A DNA stretch of 64,000 nucleotides from an uncultured Collinsella sp. (lineage in GTDB: Bacteria > Actinomycetota > Coriobacteriia > Coriobacteriales > Coriobacteriaceae): positions 149,640 through 213,639 of the forward strand of contig CABUXY010000002.1 of the NCBI GenBank assembly GCA_902495645.1, in the 5' to 3' direction. The notes under the pieces were generated by a model. It was not told the DNA's origin, searched no databases, and saw nothing but the letters and a program-made list of their open reading frames with translations. Both the position numbers and the translations under genes were made by a program. Of this stretch, positions 29,623 to 38,663 are shown piece by piece (the first letter of the stretch is position 1; every line of letters starts with the position of its first letter).

Positions 29623-29860
29623 TGCCATTATGATACCTGCCGGATAAATAACTCGAAATTGGTTGTAACCAGACACCACGTACTATATCAGTTTTAATGG
29701 AATAACAGCAGGTCAAACCGCACATTTCAATATTGTTTGCCAGTTGATAGCTTGTGCGCTGTAATACCAATCACACCGCTGCATCAAGTATCGATGTAGC
29801 AAAAAGGGCCGCCCCCGCGGAGCGGGACGACACTTTGCAAGATACATACGTCTTTAAGTC

Positions 29861-30197
29861 TTAGAGAAGCTTCTTGAGCTCCCCGGCAACAGCTTGGGTC
29901 CGCGCCGATGATGACCTGGGTAGCACCCTTGCCCATCTTCATGACATCCAGAGCGCCAGCCTTCTTGCAGGCAGCCTCGTCGACCAGAGCGGAATCGCCG
30001 AGCTCGAAGCGCAGGCGAGTAGCGCAGCAGTCAACGGTCTTGCCCTTCTCCTTGCCACCGACGGCAGCGAGAACGGCAGCGGCCACAGCGGCGAACTTGT
30101 CGTCGCCAGCAGCGGAGAGGGCGGAGGTCTCCTCGACATCCATATCCTCGCGACCAGGGGTCATGAGGTTGAATTTGGTGATGGCGAAGCGGAACAT
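29861..30197 (-). pseudogene. Glucose/GlcNAc-family PTS IICB remnant (linker plus IIB only)
   Basis: FRFAITKFNLMTPGRED linker and DCCATRLRF IIB motif; IIC missing; apparent frameshift near the 3' end. Confidence 0.75.
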
Positions 30198-30341
30198 ATG
30201 AATAAAACGTCCGAAAAGCTGAATATAATCCCTCTTTTTTCACCAATCTCTTCTTCAACGCAAAAAGCCCGCTAAAACGGTATCCGTTCTAGCGGGCTTA
30301 TTCAGATATTTCGGCTACGCACTCGGAAGCTCAGGCGAACC

Positions 30342-31427
30342 TTACGCAAACAGGCCGTAGATGCTGATGTTGGCCTTGGCGTAGAGGCCATTAGCATACT
30401 CGGTCCACTTGGAGCTGGCACCCGAAGCCTGCGAGGAATACTGCTGATAAGCAGTGTAGTAGGCGGTCATGGCCTGCTTGTAGGTGGCGCTATCGGCCGT
30501 AAAGGCATCATCGGCAAAGGCCTTGGCATAGGTGCTGTCAGCATCCTTCCAAGTACCCTTTGAGCTATCCCACTCATCGCCGGCAAGGTTGATGATGTAG
30601 TCGGCGTAGTCCTTGCTCGCGGTCTCCTCGTTGCCGTCAGCAGGCTCGGTCGGGGCGGCCGGCATGCTTGCGGAGCTGTCGCCGACCTTCTTCTTGTAGA
30701 GCTTCTGCAGCGTCGCGGACTGACGGACGATCTTCTTAGCCTGGTCCTTGGACACGCCGTACTGCTTGGCCATAGTCTTGTAGTCGGAGGTGCCGATGGA
30801 CTCCTCGGCGTACTGCTTCATTTCCTTGGAAGAGACGGTAATGCCCTCGTCCTCGGCAGCGTCCAGCAGAATCTGGTTGCGCACGTAGGACAGGATAACG
30901 TCGGCAGAAGGAGCGGTGTAGTTGCCGTCGTCGTCCTTGACGGTATCAAGGCTGTACTGGCTCTCGATGGCCTCGCGCGCGGTGATGTCGCTCTTCTTGC
31001 CGTTGTAGCTATAGCTTGCCACGGTCGAATCGAGCTGGTCCTCGGTGAGGGTCGCCGAGCCGGCACCCTTGCCGCCAAAACCACCGTTGCCGATAAAGAA
31101 GCCGACCACGGCAGCGATCACGACGGCGACCACAAAGGCGGCAATCATCGTCGTCTTGTGCTTGCAAGCGTGGTCGTCCACGTCCGAGTCGTCGTCCTCG
31201 TCCTGCTCCTCAGGCATGAGGTTCTCATCGGCGGCGTCCGCGGCGATCTTTGCCTCCAGGCGAGCGTCCTCCTCCTCGGCGGTCGTACCGGCGGCAATAT
31301 GTTCGGCAGACGTGCCAGCGACCAGGTCGATCTTCTCGTCCTCATCACCGTCGGGGCCTTCGCCGCGCTCGATGATCTGGATGCCGTCGATCTCGTCCTT
31401 CTCGTCTTTCTTTTGAATCAGACCCAT
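30342..31427 (-). CDS. Hypothetical single-pass membrane protein
   Basis: Acidic N-terminus, one TM segment, helical distal domain; typical codon usage. Confidence 0.8.
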   Translation of the reverse strand: MGLIQKKDEKDEIDGIQIIERGEGPDGDEDEKIDLVAGTSAEHIAAGTTAEEEDARLEAKIAADAADENLMPEEQDEDDDSDVDDHACKHKTTMIAAFVVAVVIAAVVGFFIGNGGFGGKGAGSATLTEDQLDSTVASYSYNGKKSDITAREAIESQYSLDTVKDDDGNYTAPSADVILSYVRNQILLDAAEDEGITVSSKEMKQYAEESIGTSDYKTMAKQYGVSKDQAKKIVRQSATLQKLYKKKVGDSSASMPAAPTEPADGNEETASKDYADYIINLAGDEWDSSKGTWKDADSTYAKAFADDAFTADSATYKQAMTAYYTAYQQYSSQASGASSKWTEYANGLYAKANISIYGLFA

Positions 31428-31553
31428 AGTCAGCTACTCCTTATTGGAAACACAATCCCTCATAGAATACGCCCGACGAGGCGCCGGGCGTATTGATTCT
31501 TAGGTTATACGCAAACACTTAAGTACTATTTAGACATTTGCAGCGTGCATACC

Positions 31554-32639
31554 TTAGGCCAGGTGCGCAATAACGGCATCGGCAAAGGCCTGCGTACCGA
31601 CAGCGCCCTCAACGGAGCCGGTCTGGGCACGACGCACGTCACCGGTAACCTGCTCGCCCTCGTCGAGCGTGGCAGATACGGCGGCACGAATGCGATTGGC
31701 AGCATCGTTCGCGCCCAGATGATCGAGCATCATAGCCGCAGACAGAATCTCGGCCGTGGGGTTGGCGATATCCTTGCCCGCGATATCGGGCGCGGAGCCG
31801 TGCGTTGCCTCGAAGATGGCGCAGTCGGCACCGATGTTGGAGCCGGGGGCCATACCTAAGCCGCCCACCAGGCCAGCGCACAGGTCACTCACGATGTCGC
31901 CGTACAGGTTGGGCAGCACCAGGACATCGAAGTCATTGGGATTCTGGACCAGACCCATGCAGGTGGCGTCGACAATCTTGTCGTTGAACTCGATATCGGG
32001 ATAGTTGGCGGCCACCTCGCGCGCCACGCGCAGGAACAGGCCGTCGGTCGCCTTCATGATATTGGCCTTGTGCACGGCCGTCACCTTTTTGCGGCCGCAG
32101 CGGCGGGCATACTCAAAGGCATACTCCACAATGCGGCGGCTCTTGGCGATGGAGATCGGCTTAATTGAAATGGCGGAATCAGCGGCGAAGGTCTTCTGAC
32201 CCGAGCGCTCGACAAGCTGCGAGAGCTCCTCAACCTCGGCAGCGCCCTCATCGAACTCGATGCCGGCGTAGAGGTCCTCGGTGTTCTCGCGCACGATGAC
32301 CAGGTCGACGTCGCGGAAGCGCGAGCCGTCGCCCGGCTGCGACAGGCAGGGGCGCACGCAGGCGTACAGGTCGAAGTGCTTGCGCAGGGCCACGTTAACG
32401 CTGCGGAAACCCGTGCCGACCGGCGTGGTGATGGGGCCCTTGATGGCAACCTTGGTCTCGGCGACCGCGTCGAGCACGTGCTGGGGCAGCGGCGTGCCAA
32501 ACTCGTCCATGACGCCGGCGCCGACCTCCTGGACATTCCAGTTGATCTGGACACCGGTGGCCTCGACCACGCGGCGCATGGCCTGCGTAATCTCGGGACC
32601 GATACCGTCACCGGGAATCAGGACTACATCGTGCGCCAT
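31554..32639 (-). CDS. icd: Isocitrate/isopropylmalate dehydrogenase family (probably NAD-dependent IDH)
   Basis: IPGDGIGPEI, RSVNVALR, VHKANIMKATDGLF, FEATHGSAPDIAG. Confidence 0.85.
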   Translation of the reverse strand: MAHDVVLIPGDGIGPEITQAMRRVVEATGVQINWNVQEVGAGVMDEFGTPLPQHVLDAVAETKVAIKGPITTPVGTGFRSVNVALRKHFDLYACVRPCLSQPGDGSRFRDVDLVIVRENTEDLYAGIEFDEGAAEVEELSQLVERSGQKTFAADSAISIKPISIAKSRRIVEYAFEYARRCGRKKVTAVHKANIMKATDGLFLRVAREVAANYPDIEFNDKIVDATCMGLVQNPNDFDVLVLPNLYGDIVSDLCAGLVGGLGMAPGSNIGADCAIFEATHGSAPDIAGKDIANPTAEILSAAMMLDHLGANDAANRIRAAVSATLDEGEQVTGDVRRAQTGSVEGAVGTQAFADAVIAHLA

Positions 32640-32645
32640 AATCTG

Positions 32646-33344
32646 TTACTCCTCGTCTTCGGCGTCGTCAGATTTTTTAACGCTAGCACGCTTCTTCTTT
32701 TTGGAGAGATCCAGGCCAAAACGTTTAACAAGCATTTCGCAAATCTCGCTCGAACGGGCCTTGAGATAGCTGCCCTTACCGTTCTCGGCATCGAACTTAA
32801 GGCGCAGCGCAAGCTTCTCGGCAACCTCGGCGTCGATCTCGCCCTGGCAAAACTCGTACAGGCAACCGAGCATGTCGCGATACTCGAGGTCGCCGTGGTA
32901 GCACTGGATGGCCTCGTCCAGGATGGGCCAAGCCTCGCGCGAACGCTCGACGCTCGTGGCACCCCACACGCACAGCAGGCGGAAGGCGGCATAGCGCAGC
33001 GTGGAGGAGATCTCGTCGAACAGTGCAGTCTCGGCGCCCTCAAAGGCATCACCCAGCTGCTCGGGGCAGGTGGTGGCGAGCGCCGTCAGGGCATCGAGGG
33101 CCTCCCAGCGGGTCTGCGCCTCGGGGCGGTCGAGCGCCTCGATCAGCGCGGGCACGCAGGGCACGACGCGCTGCGGATCGCGCTCGGCAAGCAGGTGCAG
33201 CACGCGGGCGGCAAACTGGCGGATGCGGCGCGTGGGGCAGCCGAGCTCCTTGACCAGACGGTCGACGGCGTTCTCGTTCTCCTCTGCCAGCTGAAGCTGT
33301 GCCAGCTCCTCGTCGGTGAGCTGTTCGTCTTTGTTTTCTGCCAT
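32646..33344 (-). CDS. Hypothetical HEAT-repeat-like protein
   Basis: VPALIEALDRPEAQTRWEALDAL; tightly packed in the operon. Confidence 0.75.
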   Translation of the reverse strand: MAENKDEQLTDEELAQLQLAEENENAVDRLVKELGCPTRRIRQFAARVLHLLAERDPQRVVPCVPALIEALDRPEAQTRWEALDALTALATTCPEQLGDAFEGAETALFDEISSTLRYAAFRLLCVWGATSVERSREAWPILDEAIQCYHGDLEYRDMLGCLYEFCQGEIDAEVAEKLALRLKFDAENGKGSYLKARSSEICEMLVKRFGLDLSKKKKRASVKKSDDAEDEE

Positions 33345-33359
33345 AGTTACCTCTTCTTA

Positions 33360-33788
33360 CTATTTCTTAGCGTGCTTGCCAGCACCCTTGCTGTCATCGG
33401 TGACCGAGATGAGCTGTCGGTCGGCCGCGCCATTGCGGCGCGCACGGCGGCGTTCCTCAGCGTCGCCCGCGTCGGCGGCGGCGCGGTGAGCCTTGTTGAC
33501 GTTAAAGACCTCGTCGTGCTTGCGCCACGGACCGACGGACTCGCCAAAGCTCATTTTAAGACCGGCGATAAAGCCGCCGAGCCAGCCGATCGGCGCAAAC
33601 TGCACCAGCGGGAACAGTGAAAACACCCAGGTCAGCAGGACGACTGCCGCCGCTCCTGCAAAGTTGGCAATCCAGTAGTCGCGCTTGGTGATCACGCGCT
33701 TTTCGCACGCCCACTGGCCGCACAAAAAGCCGATGTAGATCGCAAAGAGAAAGAGCACCAGCGCAAGCACCACGAACGTCCAGCTCAT
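33360..33788 (-). CDS. Hypothetical membrane protein
   Basis: About three hydrophobic segments; GGGGAG SD before ATG 33788. Confidence 0.75.
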   Translation of the reverse strand: MSWTFVVLALVLFLFAIYIGFLCGQWACEKRVITKRDYWIANFAGAAAVVLLTWVFSLFPLVQFAPIGWLGGFIAGLKMSFGESVGPWRKHDEVFNVNKAHRAAADAGDAEERRRARRNGAADRQLISVTDDSKGAGKHAKK

Positions 33789-33793
33789 GGGCG

Positions 33794-34873
33794 CTACTCC
33801 CCGTGATGGTGGCCGCAGCAGCACTCGTGGCCGTCGTCATGGCCGTGGCCGCCGCAGCACTCGTGGTCCTCGCCATGGTGGTGGCCACAACCGCACTCGT
33901 GGTCGTCGCCATGTTCGCCGCAACCGCAGCCTTCCTCGTGAGCACCATGCTCCTCGGGACGATACTGCGACCAGTCAAGACCGGCGGCGATGGCGTCGGC
34001 CTCCTCCTTGTAGAGCACCGTGATGGCCTGGGTGCCCAGCTTGGCGCCACCGATGGCATCGAGCATGTCGTAGAGCGTAAAGGCCACGTCGGCGCCGGGC
34101 AGCGCAAGCTCGCGGTCGTCGGCATAGGCGAGCGCCAAGCGCAGGTCCTTGATGAAGTACTCGACCATAAAGCCGGGCTTGTAATCGCCGTCGAGCGCCT
34201 TGGGCGCCAGACTCTCCATGGCGCCGGACTTGCCGGTACCGCCCAGAATCATCTGACGGGTCTTCTCCAGATCGAGGCCGCTCAGCTCGGCAAACGCCAG
34301 CGCATCGGCCATGCCGACCATGCAGGCGCCCAGCGACACCTGGTTGGCGAGCTTGGCAGCCTGGCCCTTGCCGGCGCCGTCGAAGCAGCAGATGGTTGCC
34401 GCAAAGGTGGAAAGGATATCGCGGACCGGGGCAATGTCGTTCTCGGTAGCGCCCACGATAGCCGTAAGCGTGCCGGCGATAGCACCCGACTCGCCGCCGG
34501 TGACGGGGCAGTCAAACGCCATGCGGCCGGAAACCTGGGCGGCCTCGGCAATGTCGCGCGCCAGCTCGGGCGAGCTCGTGGTGAGGTCGATCAGGACCGC
34601 GCCGGGCTTAGTGCACGCGAGCAGGCCGTCGCCCGCCAGGTAGAGCTCCTCGACCTCGGAGGGATAGCCCACCATGGTAAAGACGACGTCGGCGTTCGCC
34701 GCGGCATCTGCCGGCGTATCGGCCCAGACGGCACCGCGCTCAACGAGCGCTGCAGCCTTGGACTTGGTGCGGTTGTTGACCGTGACGGGATAGCCAGCGT
34801 CCAGAATGTGGCCGGCGATGGGGGCACCCATAATTCCGGTGCCGATGAATGCGACGGAGAGCTTGTTTGCCAT
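33794..34873 (-). CDS. NAD(P)-dependent oxidoreductase (3-hydroxyisobutyrate dehydrogenase family) with His/Cys-rich tail
   Basis: FIGTGIMG, DCPVTGG, GQAAKLANQ, FIKDLRLA. Confidence 0.9.
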   Translation of the reverse strand: MANKLSVAFIGTGIMGAPIAGHILDAGYPVTVNNRTKSKAAALVERGAVWADTPADAAANADVVFTMVGYPSEVEELYLAGDGLLACTKPGAVLIDLTTSSPELARDIAEAAQVSGRMAFDCPVTGGESGAIAGTLTAIVGATENDIAPVRDILSTFAATICCFDGAGKGQAAKLANQVSLGACMVGMADALAFAELSGLDLEKTRQMILGGTGKSGAMESLAPKALDGDYKPGFMVEYFIKDLRLALAYADDRELALPGADVAFTLYDMLDAIGGAKLGTQAITVLYKEEADAIAAGLDWSQYRPEEHGAHEEGCGCGEHGDDHECGCGHHHGEDHECCGGHGHDDGHECCCGHHHGE

Positions 34874-34971
34874 GAAACCTTTCCTTTTGGGTTGGGTGTT
34901 GTTACCAGGTTGAATACTCGGTGCCAGCGTTTGGGCTGTGAGTCGAGGGCGATTACGGACGCAGCGCTTGC

Positions 34972-35925
34972 CTACTGACCGCGCACGCGGCGGGCGATAC
35001 GGTCGGAAAGCGACGCCTTGTCGGCGCGGTTCTTACCCCAAAACGCGCAGCCCACCATGCCGGGGCCCACGTGCGAGCCGATGGTGGGACCCACGGAGCC
35101 GCGAATGATCGTGACGTCGGCGCAACCCTCCTCCTTGCGGATGGCGGCTTCGAGCCAGTCACCATCCTTTTCGGCATCGGCCGTCATGATGGCGATGGGC
35201 ATGGTGCGATCGGGCACGTAGTTCTCGCGGAACGACTTGAGGATGGACTTGAGCGCCTTCTTGCGGCCGCGGTTGACGCCGATCAGCGACAGCGAGCCGG
35301 CCAGGTCGTAGGAGAGCTCGGGCTTGACGTCGAGCTTTGCCGTGAGCTGCGCCGCCGCGGGAGGAATGCGGCCGCCGGCAGCCAGTGCGTCGAAGCTCTC
35401 GAGCGTAAAGTAGCCGTGCACGTAGGTCTTTGCCTCGTTTGCCCAATCGACCAGCTGCTTGGCGGTCAGTCCCGCCGAACGCTGGCGCACGGCCTCGAGC
35501 GCCAAGAGCGCACCGGTCGCGCAGGGCAGAGCGTTGTCGACCACGTAGAGCTCAAAGTTGGGATACTCGGCGCGCACGACATCTGCCGCCTGGCACGCGG
35601 AGTTGTAGCTCGACGACAGCGCCGAGGTAAAGCACAGGTAGACCGTGGGCGTGCCCTCTTTGGCGCACTCGGTAAAAAACTCGATATAGCGACCGAGCGA
35701 CACAGCCGAGGTGGACACGCGGGCACCGGCGCGCATGCGGTCGTAGAACTCCTTAGGGCTCATGCTCGACCAGATGTCGTCTGTGCGCTCCTCGCCATCG
35801 ATAATGAAAGGGAAACCCAGGATATCGACATCGAGGTTCGCGGCGACCTCGGGGCTAAAGTCGCAGCAGGTATCGACGACGATGCGGCAACGGTTCGAAT
35901 GACCGGCGGATGCGGCCTTGTCCAT
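34972..35925 (-). CDS. DegV family fatty-acid-binding protein
   Basis: IVVDTCCD, SALSSSYNSA, GGRI, IGSHVGPG. Confidence 0.9.
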   Translation of the reverse strand: MDKAASAGHSNRCRIVVDTCCDFSPEVAANLDVDILGFPFIIDGEERTDDIWSSMSPKEFYDRMRAGARVSTSAVSLGRYIEFFTECAKEGTPTVYLCFTSALSSSYNSACQAADVVRAEYPNFELYVVDNALPCATGALLALEAVRQRSAGLTAKQLVDWANEAKTYVHGYFTLESFDALAAGGRIPPAAAQLTAKLDVKPELSYDLAGSLSLIGVNRGRKKALKSILKSFRENYVPDRTMPIAIMTADAEKDGDWLEAAIRKEEGCADVTIIRGSVGPTIGSHVGPGMVGCAFWGKNRADKASLSDRIARRVRGQ

Positions 35926-36004
35926 CAAAGCGACTCCTTACGTAAAAAGGCGGCCACCCGCATGGGATGGCCGCCAACCGTTAACTCATGCAAGTTAACG
36001 TATT

Positions 36005-36589
36005 TTACTCGTCAAGTGTTTCGATGCGGGGCTTGATGATGCCATATCCACCATTCTTACGGTGATACACCACATTGATGAGGCCAGTCGTCGCGTTCTC
36101 GAACACGTAGAAGTCATGACCAAGCAGATCGGTCTGCACCAGCGCCTGCTCCTCAGTCATCGGGGTGACATCGATGACCTTCTCGCGGACGAGCAGGTCA
36201 TCCTCCTCCTCGGGCAGCAGCAGGTCAGCCAGATCCTCGACGCGCTCGACCGGTGCGACATCCGCGGCGCTGGCACCGCCCTGGCGGTTGTCCACAACCT
36301 TGGTCTTGAACTTACGCAGCTGGCGGGTGACCTTATCGGCGGAGAGGTCGATGGCGGCGTACATATCTGCACCGTGCTCGGCAACGCGAATCACCGAACC
36401 GCGGGCACGAACCGTAACCTCGACGATTGCCGGGTTGGGGTTCGAGGGGTTCTTCTCATAGCGAAGTACAACGTCGACCGTCATGGGCTCGATATCGAAA
36501 ACCTTGAGCGCCTCGCCGATCTTCTCATCCACATGCGCACGCAGAGCATCGGTTACCGTCGTCTTGCGTCCAGAAACCTTGATATCCAT
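36005..36589 (-). CDS. hpf: Ribosome hibernation promoting factor (long HPF/RaiA)
   Basis: MDIKVSGR, DMYAAIDL, PMTEEQALVQTDLLGHDFYVF, VYHRKNGGYGII. Confidence 0.93.
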   Translation of the reverse strand: MDIKVSGRKTTVTDALRAHVDEKIGEALKVFDIEPMTVDVVLRYEKNPSNPNPAIVEVTVRARGSVIRVAEHGADMYAAIDLSADKVTRQLRKFKTKVVDNRQGGASAADVAPVERVEDLADLLLPEEEDDLLVREKVIDVTPMTEEQALVQTDLLGHDFYVFENATTGLINVVYHRKNGGYGIIKPRIETLDE

Positions 36590-36905
36590 ACGTGGCTCCA
36601 ATCTGCCTCGGGGACTTACTGTACTGGCTATGTACCCATTGCCGTGCATTTAATCACGCGGATTCCTAAAGACCCGAATAACGATTGCTTGATACCGCAT
36701 ACCGAAGTCTCGCACTTTTCTGTAGCAAAGTGCGCTATAGGAGGGGCCGGCGGCTTTGTATTTGGTCCCGAAAATTGGCTTTGACCTGCTAGTTTTATTG
36801 GGATGAAAAAGCCGGGCTCCCCCATCGGGGAAGCCCGGCAGTGCGTGTTGAAACCGTGAAGAGGTGTCCTTTCCAACGTATAGGAGACACCACCCCTAGC
36901 AATAA

Positions 36906-37931
36906 CTAGCTATTGAGTTTGTTAATGTCGTCGTCGGTGATGGCGCCTTCCTGGCTGGACGATTTGTCCTCGGAGGATGCGGTCTCATTGTTGGAATCGG
37001 AGGACTCGCTGCCGGAGGACATGGTCTCACTGGACTCAGAGTCACCCGGCTGCACGTTAGCGCCCGAAACCGTCTTAGTGGTGAGGTCGTAGGGCATCGT
37101 GCCATACCAGACAGAGTGGACCGCCTCGAGCGTGCCGTCGGCCGTAATACCGTCGAGGGCATCGCTCACGGCACGGCACAGTTCGTCATTGGACGAGAGG
37201 CCCACAACACCAAGCGTCGAGGGCGCCTCGAGCGCACCGACATAGGAGACCTCGCTCATCAGGCGTGCAAGGTAGCCGCCGGCCGTGGAGTCGCAGATCA
37301 CATAGTCGACCTCGCCGGACTCGAGCGCCTCAAAGCACTCGTTGATGTTGGAGTAGGTCTTTTGGTTGGCGGTGATGCTCTGCTTAGCAAGCGCCTCCTG
37401 CGAGGCCGAGGACGCCTGAACGCCCAGGGTGGACGTGTTAAGGGTATCGGTGGAAACGCTTAGCGACCCACCATCGCTAGTTTTACCGAACACGGAAGTG
37501 GCATCGTACAGGCAGGTGCCGAGCGAGCTAATGTCCCCGTCCGTGGAGTTAATCTCGCCGATAAAGATATCGGCCTTTTTGTCGCCGAGCGCGGAATCTG
37601 CCGAAGACGCATCGACAAAGGCGACCTTAAGGCCCATGCGGCTTGCGAGAGCGCGGGCGGCGTCAACCGCATACCCCGTGAGCTCGCCGTCGGCGTCCTG
37701 CATGGCCTGCGGCGCATCGGAAGTATCGAGGGCGACCGTCAGGGTTCCGGGAGTGACCAGGGCATCGTCCGACACCGCCGGCGTGACGGTCTCGTACTCG
37801 ATCTGGTCGATCGTGGGAGTCGTGAACGTAGACAGCGGGTTGAACGCGCATCCGCTCAGGCCCAAAACGGCAATGACCGCTGCGGTCCCAGCACCCAACC
37901 GAGCCGCGTGCATCAAGCTGCCCCTCACCAT
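36906..37931 (-). CDS. ABC transporter substrate-binding lipoprotein (family 3)
   Basis: Lipobox LGLSGC; PGTLTVA, GYAVD, ALESGEVDYVI. True start is 37931 or 37913, not 38312. Confidence 0.85.
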   Translation of the reverse strand: MVRGSLMHAARLGAGTAAVIAVLGLSGCAFNPLSTFTTPTIDQIEYETVTPAVSDDALVTPGTLTVALDTSDAPQAMQDADGELTGYAVDAARALASRMGLKVAFVDASSADSALGDKKADIFIGEINSTDGDISSLGTCLYDATSVFGKTSDGGSLSVSTDTLNTSTLGVQASSASQEALAKQSITANQKTYSNINECFEALESGEVDYVICDSTAGGYLARLMSEVSYVGALEAPSTLGVVGLSSNDELCRAVSDALDGITADGTLEAVHSVWYGTMPYDLTTKTVSGANVQPGDSESSETMSSGSESSDSNNETASSEDKSSSQEGAITDDDINKLNS

Positions 37932-37990
37932 GTCCACTACCCTGCCTTCTGTGTCGTATACGATCCGTGCGTTGCGCGGAATATCAGGTT

Positions 37991-38255
37991 GTTCCCACCA
38001 GCTGACCTGGTATTTGACCCCACACTTGCGCACCGGGGTGTTTGCTCGGGAGGCCGCAGCCACCTTCACGACTGACCCGCTCGCCCGCGAGGCGGTATTG
38101 CCCCAAAGAAAGTAGAACGGACGGTGCGGCTTACATCTAGGACGCGCCATGATCGCGCCGCGCGCACGCGGTCGCTTACGTGGATCCCTTTGACCGCGTC
38201 TGTCTTGGACTAGGACGGGCATTTCGTCCGTCCGCAACCACAGCCTGGTAGGAAC
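37991..38255 (-). ncRNA. raiA motif RNA
   Basis: Minus strand carries TGTGGTTG, GATCCACGTAAG, CATGG..CCTAGATGTAAG and GTGTGGGGTCAAATACCAGGTCAG; closing stem GTTCCTACCAG/CTGGTGGGAAC; TATAAT at 38268-38263; comF...hpf context. Confidence 0.9.
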
Positions 38256-38412
38256 GAAGCGCATTATAGCTAAGTTCAAGCTAAAGTTTAAGGTTAGGGG
38301 CGTTATTCGCATCGCGAGTACAGATTTCGCAGGTCAGGACGGGCCGCACGTGCTCTGATTGAGCCCGTCGCTCCCCTATGGAAAGCCCCAACACACCCGT
38401 CTTAGGGCGCCG

Positions 38413-38629
38413 TGGCCAAAAAATAGCAAATATGAGTACTGTTACCAATTTAGTAGCAGGAGTTTTTGGCTCTGCAAGCTGTTTTCACGCTCTATAACGT
38501 CAGATTGATGCCAGGATATTCCACATTTGTTTAATAGCTTTCTAATTTACCCCATCTTCCAGTCCCAAAATCCCTGATTTTGCTGTTACTGAATTTGTAG
38601 CAGTACTCATATTTGCTATATTTTGGCCA
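38413..38629. repeat. 217-bp AT-rich element with 47-bp imperfect terminal inverted repeats
   Basis: 38413-38459 versus the reverse complement of 38583-38629: 42/47 identical. Confidence 0.85.
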
Positions 38630-38663
38630 GAGCATATATCCAACCCCCTGTTTCAGAGCATTG

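Noticed and set aside
15467..30300. Integrative island attached at tRNA-Thr
   Set aside because: No integrase was found and no duplicated tRNA 3' end was seen; only compositional and pseudogene evidence remains.
37932..38312. 127-aa N-terminal extension of the substrate-binding protein ORF
   Set aside because: It overlaps the raiA RNA and its promoter; the lipoprotein signal implies a start at 37931 or 37913.
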